A DNA stretch of 28,882 nt from an uncultured Rhodospirillaceae bacterium (GTDB taxonomy: Bacteria; Pseudomonadota; Alphaproteobacteria; UBA7887): positions 1 to 28,882 of the forward strand of contig CAZVDW010000614.1 in assembly GCA_964625645.1 (NCBI GenBank), in the 5' to 3' direction. Both the position numbers and the translations under genes were made by a program. Below are positions 10,452 through 19,845 of the stretch, piece after piece (within the stretch, counting starts at the first letter, position 1; each line of letters starts with the position of its first letter). The notes below the pieces were generated by a model that did not search any database, was not told the DNA's origin, and saw only the letters and a program-made list of their open reading frames with translations.

Positions 10452-10465
10452 TTAACCTGGATTAA
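10452..10465. promoter_or_regulatory. CRP/FNR-family-like box TTAAC-CTGG-ATTAA
   Basis: One mismatch to the CprK dehalobox TTAAT-N4-ATTAA and related to FNR TTGAT-N4-ATCAA. Lies between the divergent small-protein gene and rdhA. Confidence 0.4.
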
Positions 10466-10495
10466 TGTCGTACACTCGCCGCGGGGTGAGTGCCG

Positions 10496-12685
10496 GTGAA
10501 GATTTTCTCGAACAAAGAGCGCGCGTTTCATCTCGGGCCGTTTCCGCTCGAGCGCCTGGCGCGCGCGCCGTTGCCGGCAGCCGAGGTCGAGGGCGTCCGC
10601 CCGCCACGCCCGACACCGCCCGCCGCGCCCTCGGGCCTGGCCGCGGTGCTGACCCGCTACCTTGACCTTTTCTTGCAGTTCAGCGATGGCCTGGCGGCCG
10701 GCGAGCGCGCGCCCATCGCCCTCGACGCGGTCGAAATCGCCAACGATCTCAAGGCCGGCGGATACTTCCTCGACGCCGGCATGATGGCCTGCTGCTCCCT
10801 GCCCACCTCCGCCTGGTACGCCAACGACGCCGACGGCAACGCCTTCGCCCCCTACCACGCCAATGCCGTGGTGGTGATGGTCGAGCATGGCCGGCCCGTC
10901 GAGGCGGGCAACCTCGCCCACGACTGGACGGCGGGCGCGGATGCCGCCGCCGGCGCCTTGCGGGCGCTCGAGATCGCCAACGTCCTGGCCGGCTATATCC
11001 GCAATCTCGGCTGGTCGGCGCGGGCGCATTCGCGCCACGGCGGCGACGTCAACCAGGATGTTCTGGTGGTCCGCTCGGGCCTCGGCGAGCGCCACGGCGG
11101 CAAGCTGGTCAACCCGTTCATCGGCAACCGCTTCGCCACCGCCGTGGTGACCACCGAGATGCCGCTGGCGCCCGACGCGCCCCTGGCGGCGGCACGGCGC
11201 GGGGATCGCGGGCTCGGCTTCTGGCTTGGCCGCGGCGGCTCCTACCCCGAGCTGGCGCGGCGCGCCGAGCGCCGCCGCCCGGCCCATATGAGCCGCTATG
11301 CCATGGAGCGCATCCGCAGCGTTGCCGCGCCCACCACCCTGATCCTCGACGACGAGGTGCCGCGCGTCTCGAAACGCGCCGCCTTCTTCGAGCGTGCGCT
11401 GCGCGGCGACCTCGGCGACAAGGCACGGGCCGAGCGCACCCGCTTCGCCGTCAAGCACCCCTTCACCTTTGCCATGCGAAGCATGCAGGGCGCCATGGTG
11501 CCGCTGCAGGACGGCGAGGCCGCCGAAACCCCACAAGGCGGCGATGCCGAGGCCAACGCCAGGGCGGTCAAGGCACTCTGTTACTGGATGGGCACCGACC
11601 TCGCCGGTATCTGCCGCATCCCCGACTATGCCTGGTTTTCCCATGGCGAGGACGGCACACCGATCACCCCCCACCACACCTACGCCATCGTGCTGCTGAT
11701 CGACCAGGGCTACGAGACCATGGAAGGCGCCAGCGGCGACGACTGGATCAGCGGCACGCAATCGATGCGTGGCTATATGCGCGGTGCCGAAGTGACGGGC
11801 GTGATCGCCGAGCACCTGCGCCGACTCGGCCACTCGGCGCGGTCGCAAACCAATATCGATAGCGAGGTCTTGCATATACCCCTGATCCTCGGTGCCGGCC
11901 TCGGCGAGCTCAGCCGCATCGGCGAGCTGGTGCTCAATCCCTTTGTCGGCCCGCGCTTCAAATCGGCCGTGATCACCACAGACATGCCGCTGGCCGTCGA
12001 TCGGCCGATCGACTTCGGCCTGCAGGACATGTGCGCAAAGTGCAACAAATGTGCCCGCGAATGCCCCTGCTCCGCCATCCCGGCGCGACCCAAGATCATG
12101 TTCAACGGCTATGAGACCTGGAAGCCCGATGTCGAGCGCTGCGCCCGCTACCGCTTGACCAATCCCAAGGGCGCTGCCTGCGGCCGCTGCATGAAGACCT
12201 GCCCCTATAACCACGAGGGCCTGCTCGGCCACCGCCTGATGCTGTGGCTGGCGATCCACGTGCCGGCCAGCCGGCGCTGGATCGCACGCCTCGACGACAA
12301 GGTCGGCAATGGCCGGCGCAACCTCGTCAAGAAGTGGTGGCGCGATCTCGAATGGTCGCGCGACGGCGTTGCGGTGGAGCCCCGCGCGGGCACCAACCAG
12401 CGCGACATCGAGCCCGACAAGGCGATGGATCCGGACAAACAGAAGATCGCCTATTATCCCGCCAGCGCCATGCCTGTTCCCGACGACACCAACGCCCAAC
12501 CCGTCATGCGCAAGCAGGCCCTGGCCGCGGCGGCGCTGATCGAGACGCCCGCTGAGGCTCGCGCGCGCGTCGCCCGCGGCGAGGCGGCGCCGGCCCATTA
12601 CCGCCCGACACCGCCCGGCGGTCAGCGCGGCCCCGAGGTGGCCGTGGGGCGCTCGGGCCTGGCCGAGCCGGAAGCCGGCGAATGA
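10496..12685 (+). CDS. rdhA: Catabolic (non-respiratory) cobalamin-dependent reductive dehalogenase, NpRdhA type
   Basis: Close recalled similarity to Nitratireductor pacificus RdhA: MKIFSNKERAFHLGPFPLERLAR; LIDQGYETMEGASGDDWISGTQSMRGYMRGAE; NPFVGPRFKS; Fe-S motifs CAKCNKCARECPC and CGRCMKTCP; duplicated vestigial N-terminal B12 domain; no Tat signal. GTG 10496 has a GGGGTGAG SD (GTG 10490 is an alternative start). Confidence 0.92.
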   Translation: MKIFSNKERAFHLGPFPLERLARAPLPAAEVEGVRPPRPTPPAAPSGLAAVLTRYLDLFLQFSDGLAAGERAPIALDAVEIANDLKAGGYFLDAGMMACCSLPTSAWYANDADGNAFAPYHANAVVVMVEHGRPVEAGNLAHDWTAGADAAAGALRALEIANVLAGYIRNLGWSARAHSRHGGDVNQDVLVVRSGLGERHGGKLVNPFIGNRFATAVVTTEMPLAPDAPLAAARRGDRGLGFWLGRGGSYPELARRAERRRPAHMSRYAMERIRSVAAPTTLILDDEVPRVSKRAAFFERALRGDLGDKARAERTRFAVKHPFTFAMRSMQGAMVPLQDGEAAETPQGGDAEANARAVKALCYWMGTDLAGICRIPDYAWFSHGEDGTPITPHHTYAIVLLIDQGYETMEGASGDDWISGTQSMRGYMRGAEVTGVIAEHLRRLGHSARSQTNIDSEVLHIPLILGAGLGELSRIGELVLNPFVGPRFKSAVITTDMPLAVDRPIDFGLQDMCAKCNKCARECPCSAIPARPKIMFNGYETWKPDVERCARYRLTNPKGAACGRCMKTCPYNHEGLLGHRLMLWLAIHVPASRRWIARLDDKVGNGRRNLVKKWWRDLEWSRDGVAVEPRAGTNQRDIEPDKAMDPDKQKIAYYPASAMPVPDDTNAQPVMRKQALAAAALIETPAEARARVARGEAAPAHYRPTPPGGQRGPEVAVGRSGLAEPEAGE

Positions 12686-15600
12686 GCGCCTTGCGGGACT
12701 GGCTCGAAGCGCAAGGCCTCGGCGACTATGCCGCGGCTTTCGAGGCCGAGCAGCTCGACCTCGAGCACCTGGCGGACCTCGACGAGGCCGACCTCAAGAG
12801 CCTCGGTTTGCCCATGGGCCCGCGCAAGACCTTGCGCAAGGCGATCGAGGCGGGAGTTGCCGCGCCGGCGGCCTCAGGCGCCCGCGATGCCGAGCGCCGG
12901 CAGATCACGGTGATGTTCTGCGATCTCGTCGGCTCCACCGCATTGTCCGAAGCCCTCGATCCGGAGGAGCTGCGGGAGATCATGCGGGCCTATCAAAAGG
13001 CGGCCGGCAGGGTGATCGAGCGCTATGGCGGCCACGTCGCACAATATCTCGGCGACGGCCTGATGACCTATTTCGGCTGGCCGAGAGCCCATGAGGACGA
13101 TGCCGAGCGGGCCGTGCGCGCCAGCCTCGACATCGTCGTCGCCGTGCACGAGGTGAAATCCCAGAGGCCGCTCGCCGTGCGCATCGGCATTGCCACCGGC
13201 CCCGTGGTGGTCGGCGAGACCGGCGCGGGCGACGCCTCGGTACCCAATGCGGCGGTCGGCGAGACGCCCAACCTGGCGGCCCGCCTGCAAACGCTTGCCG
13301 GACCGGATGAAACTGTCATCAGCCCGTCGACGCGGCGGCTCGTCGGCGACACCTTCGCGCTCGATGCGCTCGGCGACCAGGCCCTCAAGGGCATCGCCGA
13401 GACCGTATCCGCCTGGCGTGTCGGCGGGCTTGCCACCGGGCAAAGCCGCTTCGAGGCATCGCGCGGCTCGCGCCTGACGCCCTTCGTGGGACGTGAGGCG
13501 GAGGCCTCGCTGATCCTCGACAAGTGGGGAATCGCCAAGGACGGCGAAGGCCAGGTGGTCCTGCTGTCGGGCGAGCCTGGGATCGGCAAGAGCCGCATCA
13601 CCGAGGAGCTGATCCGCGCCACGGCGCAAGACGATCCGATCCGCCTGCGCTACCAGTGCTCGCCCTTTCATACCAATTCGGTGCTCTACCCGGTGATCGA
13701 GCAGTTCGTGCATGCCGCCGGCTTCGAGCGCGATGACAGCATCGAGGCGCGCCTCGACAAGATGGAGGTGTTGCTGAGGGAAAGCGGCGATGTCGAGGAA
13801 ACCGCGCCCTTTGTCGCTGCCATGCTGTCGCTCGACAGCGACCGCTACGCAGCGATCGATATGTCCGCCGAGCGCCAGGCGCAGCACCTGCGCGAGCTGC
13901 TTGCCGCACAGATCGGCGGCCTCGCCCGGCAACGCCCGGTGCTGTTCATCATCGAGGACGCACACTGGATCGACCACAGCTCGGAGGAAATGCTCGACCT
14001 CGCAATTAGCCATGCGCGCGAGCATTCGCTGCTGATGGTCATCACCTTCCGGCCCGAATACCAGCCGCGCTGGCTTGGCGGCGGCGACGTGACGGCGCTT
14101 TCGCTGACTCGCCTCGGGCGCCGCCAGGCGGCGAAGATGGTGGCGCGCGTAACCGGCGGCAAGGCCCTGCCCGATGCCGTGCTCGACCAGATCGTGGCGG
14201 AAACCGACGGCGTGCCGCTATTCGTCGAGGAGTTGACCAAGACGGTGCTGGAATCGGGCCAGCTGCGCGAGCACGAAGACCGTTGGGAGCTCGGCGGCTC
14301 GCTGCCCGAGCTTGCCATCCCCGCGACCTTGCAGGATTCGCTGATGGCGCGGCTCGACCGCCTGGCGCCGGTCAAGGAAATCGCCCAGATCGGGGCTTGC
14401 ATCGGCCGTATCTTCCCGCATCGCCTGCTCGAGGCGGTCTCGCCCGTCAAGGGCAACGAGCTTGGCGATGCCTTGGCGCAATTGGTGGAAAGCGAGCTTG
14501 TCTTCCGCCGTGGCCACGGGGCCGACGCGGTCTATACCTTCAAACACGCCCTGGTGCAGGACGCGGCGCACGGCTCGCTGCTGATCAGCCGCCGACGCGA
14601 GTTCCATGGCCGCATCGCGCAGGAGCTGGAACAGTCCGGCGACGCCGAGCCGGAATTGCTCGCCTACCATTACGGTGCCGCCGACAATATCGCCCGCGCC
14701 GTGCCCTTGTGGCATCAGGCGGGTGCGGCAGCAGCCGCACGCGCCGCCAATACCGAGGCGGTTGCACATTTCCGCGCCGGCCGCGACGCCGCGCAAGCCT
14801 GGACCGACGATGCCGAGCGCATTCGCTGGCAGGTCAATATCGGCGTCGATCTGGCCATGACCCTGCGCACTTTCGATCAATTCGACGAAGCCCTGGAGGT
14901 GCTCGACTGGACCGAAGGCATAGCTGGCGAACACGAGGATCCCGCCGAGCGCGGCCGTGTGCACTATTCGCGCGGCAACGTCTATTTCGCACTCGGCAAG
15001 GTCGACGGCCTGCGGGAAGAGCATGAGAAGGCGCTGAAATATGCCCGCGAAGGGGGCTCGGCCGAAATGGAAGCGCGCGCCTATAGCGGCCTCGGCGACG
15101 CCGCCTATGCCGCCGGCCGCATGGCCACGGGGCATGACTACTTCAAGCGTTGCGTCGCGCTTTGCGAGCGCGAGGGCTTCGACGAGATCCAGGCCAGCAA
15201 TCTGCACATGGTCGGCTGGACCGCGCTTTACCTCAACCGCCCCGACCAGGCCGAGGCCAGCGCGCTGGCCTGCGTCGAGTTGTCGCGGCGGCTCAACGCC
15301 CACCGCCCGCACATTCTCGCGGAATCGCTGGCCGGCTATGTCGCCGTCGAGCGCGGGCGCAAAGACGAAAGCCGGGCCGCGCTGGATCGTGCCCTGGAGC
15401 TGAGCCAGCGCGCCGGCGCTTCCAGTTTCGATGCCCAGGCCGCCGCCATGGTGGCGCGTCTGGCCTGGTACGCGGGCGATGCCGCCACCGTGCGCGACTA
15501 TATCGAGCGCGCGATGAGCGGAACGCGGGCCACGGCCATGACCTTTTTCGGCCCCTTCTGCCTCGGCGTCGCGGCCCTGGTCACGGATGATCGAGACAAG

Positions 15601-15933
15601 GCCGATGCCCTGCTGGCCGAGGCCGAGGCGGCGCTCGATGCCGGCTGCGTCAGCCACAACTATCTCTGGTTCATGCGCGAGGCGGTCGAGATCTACGCCC
15701 GGCGCGGCGACTGGGATCAGGTCGAGCGCCAGGCCGACCGCCTCGAAGCCTATACCCGTGCCGAGCCCCTGCCCTGGTGCGAGCTGCAAATCGCCCGCGC
15801 CCGCGCGCTCGCCGCCCACGCCCGCAGCCCCAGCGACGCCACCCGCGACGCGCTTGCCGCCATCCGCGACCGCTGCGTCGCCGCCGAGCTGGCCACGGCA
15901 CTGCCGGCGATAGACCGGGTGTTGGGGGGTTAA
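12682..15933 (+). CDS. SAM + class III nucleotide cyclase + AAA/STAND ATPase + TPR protein (copy 1)
   Basis: SAM LRDWLEAQGLGDYAAAFEAEQLD; cyclase FCDLVGST, YLGDG, GETPNLAARLQ; Walker A GEPGIGKS; Walker B IIEDAHWID; helical C-terminal half. ATGA overlap with rdhA. Confidence 0.92.
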   Translation: MSALRDWLEAQGLGDYAAAFEAEQLDLEHLADLDEADLKSLGLPMGPRKTLRKAIEAGVAAPAASGARDAERRQITVMFCDLVGSTALSEALDPEELREIMRAYQKAAGRVIERYGGHVAQYLGDGLMTYFGWPRAHEDDAERAVRASLDIVVAVHEVKSQRPLAVRIGIATGPVVVGETGAGDASVPNAAVGETPNLAARLQTLAGPDETVISPSTRRLVGDTFALDALGDQALKGIAETVSAWRVGGLATGQSRFEASRGSRLTPFVGREAEASLILDKWGIAKDGEGQVVLLSGEPGIGKSRITEELIRATAQDDPIRLRYQCSPFHTNSVLYPVIEQFVHAAGFERDDSIEARLDKMEVLLRESGDVEETAPFVAAMLSLDSDRYAAIDMSAERQAQHLRELLAAQIGGLARQRPVLFIIEDAHWIDHSSEEMLDLAISHAREHSLLMVITFRPEYQPRWLGGGDVTALSLTRLGRRQAAKMVARVTGGKALPDAVLDQIVAETDGVPLFVEELTKTVLESGQLREHEDRWELGGSLPELAIPATLQDSLMARLDRLAPVKEIAQIGACIGRIFPHRLLEAVSPVKGNELGDALAQLVESELVFRRGHGADAVYTFKHALVQDAAHGSLLISRRREFHGRIAQELEQSGDAEPELLAYHYGAADNIARAVPLWHQAGAAAAARAANTEAVAHFRAGRDAAQAWTDDAERIRWQVNIGVDLAMTLRTFDQFDEALEVLDWTEGIAGEHEDPAERGRVHYSRGNVYFALGKVDGLREEHEKALKYAREGGSAEMEARAYSGLGDAAYAAGRMATGHDYFKRCVALCEREGFDEIQASNLHMVGWTALYLNRPDQAEASALACVELSRRLNAHRPHILAESLAGYVAVERGRKDESRAALDRALELSQRAGASSFDAQAAAMVARLAWYAGDAATVRDYIERAMSGTRATAMTFFGPFCLGVAALVTDDRDKADALLAEAEAALDAGCVSHNYLWFMREAVEIYARRGDWDQVERQADRLEAYTRAEPLPWCELQIARARALAAHARSPSDATRDALAAIRDRCVAAELATALPAIDRVLGG

Positions 15934-17615
15934 GGGTCGGGTGTTTCGCCGCGGGCCTTGGCGAGATCGTTTTCCATGGCTTCGATCCACGACATCTGAT
16001 AGTCAACTAACTTTCCGGCCTCATGCAATGGACGCAAGATAGCAAGACCGCGCTCGAACAGGCCGGCAGCCTCGGCCCAGGTCGCCTCATCCTCAAGCAG
16101 CAATCGCCCCATCTTGCCGCATGATGCGACCACGTCCGTTTGCCATTCGGCATTGTCCGGATCGGCCGCGGCCAGCCCCTCTCTGATCGCCATGCCAGCG
16201 CCATAGCTCTCCAGAGCGGCACCAAGATCGCCCTGGGCAAACAGCACCTCGCCGATCTTGTCGTGCGAGACGGAGAGGTCGCGCTGCCACTGAGCGTTGC
16301 CGGGATCGGCCGCGGCCAAGCGCCCGGCGATCGCCATGCCGGCGCCATAACGCTCCAGCGCTTCGCCGAGATCGCCTAGGGCGCCCAGCACCTCACCGAT
16401 ATTGCTGTGCGAGACGGAGAGGTCGCGCTGCCATTCGGCATTGTCGGGATCGGCAGCGGCCAGGCGCTCGCTGATCGCTATGCCGGCGCCATAGCTCTCC
16501 TTGGCGCCGCCGGGATCGCCTTGGGCAAGCAGCACGTCGCCAATCTTGTTGTGGGAGACCGAGAGGTCGCGCTGCCATTCGGCATTGTCGGGATCTGTAG
16601 CGGCCAGGCGCCCGGCGATCGCCATGTCGGCGCGATAGCTCTCCAGGGCGCCGCCGACATCGCCCTGGTCGCGCAGCACGTCGCCGATCCTGTTGTGCGA
16701 GACCGAGAGGTCGCGCTGCCGTTGGGCATTGTTGGACTCAGCCGAGGCTCGGCGCTCCGCAATGGCGAGGGCCTCGCGGAAGGCGGTGAGCGCACCTACA
16801 CTGTCGCCGCCGAGGCGGAGAATATCGCCCACGCCCACGCGCGACACCATCATGTACCGCTGGTTCTGAGCGATCCGGGAATGATTGCCGAGTGCCTCAT
16901 ACGCAACACGTGCGAGACCTCGGTCGCCGCCGAGTAACGCTAGGTCCGCCAGCCAATACCAGCTCTCAAGATCGTCCGGATCCAGCTCGGTGGCGCGGCG
17001 AAAGGCCGCTATCGCAGCGGCCGTGTCTCGCAGATAGGCCAGATTTCCCATGTGGCGCGCTGCCGCCGCTGCCGTCTTGTTGTGCTCGGCACCGGCCGCG
17101 GCCTCGCGGTCGAGAACGTCCTGGAAGATCGCTTCCGCTTGGCGAGCATCGCCCTTGGCGGCCAGCCGCAAGGCGCGCTCGATCCGTTCCTCGCCGCCGG
17201 CGATGTCGGACTGTTCGGGCAGTGCCTCAATGGCTTCCGTGATCGCGGCTTCCTGGTCGCCGCTGGGTACAAGCTTCTGAAGTTTCTCGATCTGCCTGTC
17301 TTTAGCCGCCAGTTGTTCATCCTTGGCTTCAAGTTGCCGATTCTTTGCCTCATTTTCCTTTAACAGGCCAGCGATCGCTTGCCCAACTACCGGGTCGCGC
17401 TCATGAATCGTAACCGGGCCGCTGGAGACGATCTGGCGGCTGTCGTCCCCGGCCGTGACACCGGCGCCCGAGGCACTGCCCTGGCCACTGGCGACTGCCG
17501 TGTTGCTGCCTTCGCCATTCCCGTTCTTGCCGCGGAACTTCGGGATCAAGGCAATAAGGGCAGCCGCAATAACGGCGCCTGCAGCGATAATCGCGACAAT
17601 AATCTCTATTTCCAC
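15930..17615 (-). CDS. Membrane-anchored coiled-coil protein with tandem 48-aa TPR-like repeats
   Basis: N-terminal hydrophobic helix, G/S linker, KDxQL heptads, then repeats of LAAADPDNAEWQRDLSVSHxxIGxVL..QGD. GTG start. Confidence 0.85.
   Translation of the reverse strand: MEIEIIVAIIAAGAVIAAALIALIPKFRGKNGNGEGSNTAVASGQGSASGAGVTAGDDSRQIVSSGPVTIHERDPVVGQAIAGLLKENEAKNRQLEAKDEQLAAKDRQIEKLQKLVPSGDQEAAITEAIEALPEQSDIAGGEERIERALRLAAKGDARQAEAIFQDVLDREAAAGAEHNKTAAAAARHMGNLAYLRDTAAAIAAFRRATELDPDDLESWYWLADLALLGGDRGLARVAYEALGNHSRIAQNQRYMMVSRVGVGDILRLGGDSVGALTAFREALAIAERRASAESNNAQRQRDLSVSHNRIGDVLRDQGDVGGALESYRADMAIAGRLAATDPDNAEWQRDLSVSHNKIGDVLLAQGDPGGAKESYGAGIAISERLAAADPDNAEWQRDLSVSHSNIGEVLGALGDLGEALERYGAGMAIAGRLAAADPGNAQWQRDLSVSHDKIGEVLFAQGDLGAALESYGAGMAIREGLAAADPDNAEWQTDVVASCGKMGRLLLEDEATWAEAAGLFERGLAILRPLHEAGKLVDYQMSWIEAMENDLAKARGETPDP
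16100..16790. repeat. 144-bp coding tandem repeat, about 5 units
   Basis: TGCC anchor of the (W/R)Q codons at 16141, 16285, 16429, 16573 and 16717, an exact 144-bp period. Outer limits are approximate. Confidence 0.9.
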
Positions 17616-17708
17616 CGAACCCAGCCCCGCAACTCACGGGCGCCACATGTCAGGCTTTCAGGCACCCTGCCGCCACAGTCTAGGCGGGTAGCGCGCGGGA
17701 CGCCACCC

Positions 17709-19844
17709 TCAAGCCGCGAGCTTGCTGTCGTCGTGGAAGCGGGCGCCTATTGCGGCCATGTCGCGCAGCAGCTTGGGCGGGGTGAAGCGGGGGCCGTGGG
17801 CTTGGGCGAGGCGGTCGCAGGCGGCGGTGAAATCGGCCGCGCCGACCATGTCGATCAGCGACAGCGTGCCGCCCGTATGGGCGGGGAAGCCCCAGCCGAG
17901 GATGGAGCCGATATCGCCATCCGCCGCGTTCGTCAAAACGCGTTCCTCGACGCAGCGGGCGGTCTCGATGGCTTGGACGTAGAGCAGGCGCTCCTTGACC
18001 TCCTCCACGTCGGGCTGATCGGCCGCCAGCGGGAAGGTGCCGGCGAGTCCGGGCCAGAGGCGCTTGCGATCGTCCTTGGGGTATTCGTAGAAGCCACCGC
18101 CGGCCTTGCGGCCCGCGCGTCCGAGCTTGGCGACCATGGCCTCCATCACGTCCTCGCCGACGGGCGGCTTGTAGGCCTCGCCGAGATCGGCCTTGGTTTG
18201 CACGGCAACCTTGTGCATGAGCTCGATCGAGACTTCGTCGCTGACCGCGAGCGGGCCGACGGGCATGCCGGCCATGCGCCCGGCGTTCTCGATCAAGGCC
18301 GGGGCGATGCCTTCGGCCAGCATGGCCATGCCTTCCCGCGCGTAGGTGCCGAAGACGCGGCTGGTGTAGAAGCCGCGGCTGTCATTGACCACGATGGGGG
18401 TTTTGCGGATGCGCTGCACGTAATCCATGGCGCGCGCCAGGGTCTCGTCGCTGGTCGCTTCGCCGCGGATGATCTCGACCAGCGGCATCCTGTCGACGGG
18501 CGAGAAGAAGTGCAGGCCGATGAAATTGGCCGGCCGCGCGCTGGCCTCGGCCAGGCCGGTGATCGGCAGGGTCGAGGTGTTGGAGGCGAAGATGGCGTCC
18601 TCGGCGATGACGGCTTCCGTCTTGGCGGTGACATCGGCCTTGATGGCGCGGCTCTCGAACACCGCCTCGACCACCAGCTCGCAGCCGGCGAGATCGGCGA
18701 AATCGCTGGTCGGGTGGATACGTGCCACTACGGCATCGCGCGCGTCGGCGCTCATGCGACCGCGCGAGACGCGCTTGTCGAGCAGGCCCTGGCTGTAGGC
18801 TTTGCCGCGCGCGGCAAGGTCCGCGTCGGTGTCGAGCAGCACCACATCGAGCCCCGCCATCGCGCTGGCATAGGCGATGCCCGCGCCCATCATGCCGGCG
18901 CCGAGCACGCCGACCTTGTCGTAGGCCTGACGCTCGACGTCCTTGGGCCGGTTGCCGAGCTTGTTGGCATTGCCCATGGCGAAGAACAGCGAGCGGATCA
19001 TGTTCTTGGCCACCGGGCCGCAGGCGAGCTTGGTGAACCAGCGCGCCTCGGCCTTCAACCCGGTGTCGATATCGACCAGCAGGCCCTCGTAGACGCAGGA
19101 CATGATGGCTTGGACGGCAGGAAAATTGCCACGCGACTTCTCGTGCGCCATGGCGCTGCCGGCAACGAACGTCTCCATGGCGCCGGGGCCCCAGACGGCG
19201 CCGCCGGGAATGCGATAGCCCTTGCGGTCCCAGGGGTTGGAGGCCTCGGGTGAGCCGGCGAGCCAGGCGCGGGCGGCGTCCATGAGCCCATCCGCCGGCA
19301 CCACTTCGTCGAGAATGCCGGCCTTGAGCGCGGCGTCGGCATTGAGGTTGCGGCCCTGGACCAGCAGCGGCATGGCCGCGCGGGCACCGATCAGGCGCGG
19401 CAGGCGCTGGGTGCCGCCGGCGCCTGGCAACAGCCCGACGGTGACTTCCGGCTGGCCGAACTTGGCTTTGGGATTGGCAGCAGCGATGCGGCGATGGCAG
19501 GCCAAGGCGATCTCCAACCCACCGCCCACGGCGGTGCCGGGCAGCGCCGCGACGGCCGGCTTGCCACCGGTCTCGAGCTTGCGCAGCAGCAGCTGGATGG
19601 CGCGCACGCGGGCGAACATCTCGGCCGGGTCGTCGGCCTGCAACATGGAGCCGAGATCGGCTCCGGCAAGGAAGTCCGGCTTGGCCGAGGTGACGATGAT
19701 GCCGCTCACCGCCTCGTCGTCCAGCGCCCGCTCGACGGCCTCGGCAAAGGCCGTGAACGAGGCGTCGTTGATGACGTTCATGGTGCGCTCGGTCATGTTC
19801 CAGGAAATGACCGCGACGCCGTCGCCGCTCTCGTAGTCGATCAT
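17709..19844 (-). CDS. fadJ: Enoyl-CoA hydratase/3-hydroxyacyl-CoA dehydrogenase, multifunctional enzyme alpha subunit (FadJ/FadB-like)
   Basis: Crotonase GGGLE and PEVTVGLLPGAGG, Rossmann GAGMMG, HAD SNTS and HFFSPVD, DSRGFYTSR. ATG 19844 lies 1 nt after the thiolase stop. Confidence 0.9.
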   Translation of the reverse strand: MIDYESGDGVAVISWNMTERTMNVINDASFTAFAEAVERALDDEAVSGIIVTSAKPDFLAGADLGSMLQADDPAEMFARVRAIQLLLRKLETGGKPAVAALPGTAVGGGLEIALACHRRIAAANPKAKFGQPEVTVGLLPGAGGTQRLPRLIGARAAMPLLVQGRNLNADAALKAGILDEVVPADGLMDAARAWLAGSPEASNPWDRKGYRIPGGAVWGPGAMETFVAGSAMAHEKSRGNFPAVQAIMSCVYEGLLVDIDTGLKAEARWFTKLACGPVAKNMIRSLFFAMGNANKLGNRPKDVERQAYDKVGVLGAGMMGAGIAYASAMAGLDVVLLDTDADLAARGKAYSQGLLDKRVSRGRMSADARDAVVARIHPTSDFADLAGCELVVEAVFESRAIKADVTAKTEAVIAEDAIFASNTSTLPITGLAEASARPANFIGLHFFSPVDRMPLVEIIRGEATSDETLARAMDYVQRIRKTPIVVNDSRGFYTSRVFGTYAREGMAMLAEGIAPALIENAGRMAGMPVGPLAVSDEVSIELMHKVAVQTKADLGEAYKPPVGEDVMEAMVAKLGRAGRKAGGGFYEYPKDDRKRLWPGLAGTFPLAADQPDVEEVKERLLYVQAIETARCVEERVLTNAADGDIGSILGWGFPAHTGGTLSLIDMVGAADFTAACDRLAQAHGPRFTPPKLLRDMAAIGARFHDDSKLAA

Positions 19845-19845
19845 G

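Noticed and set aside
10452-10465. CtrA binding site
   Set aside because: TTAA half-sites are 6 nt apart, not the canonical 7.
10496-12685. Respiratory reductive dehalogenase
   Set aside because: No Tat RRxFxK signal and no rdhB anchor; the duplicated N-terminal domain marks the catabolic class.
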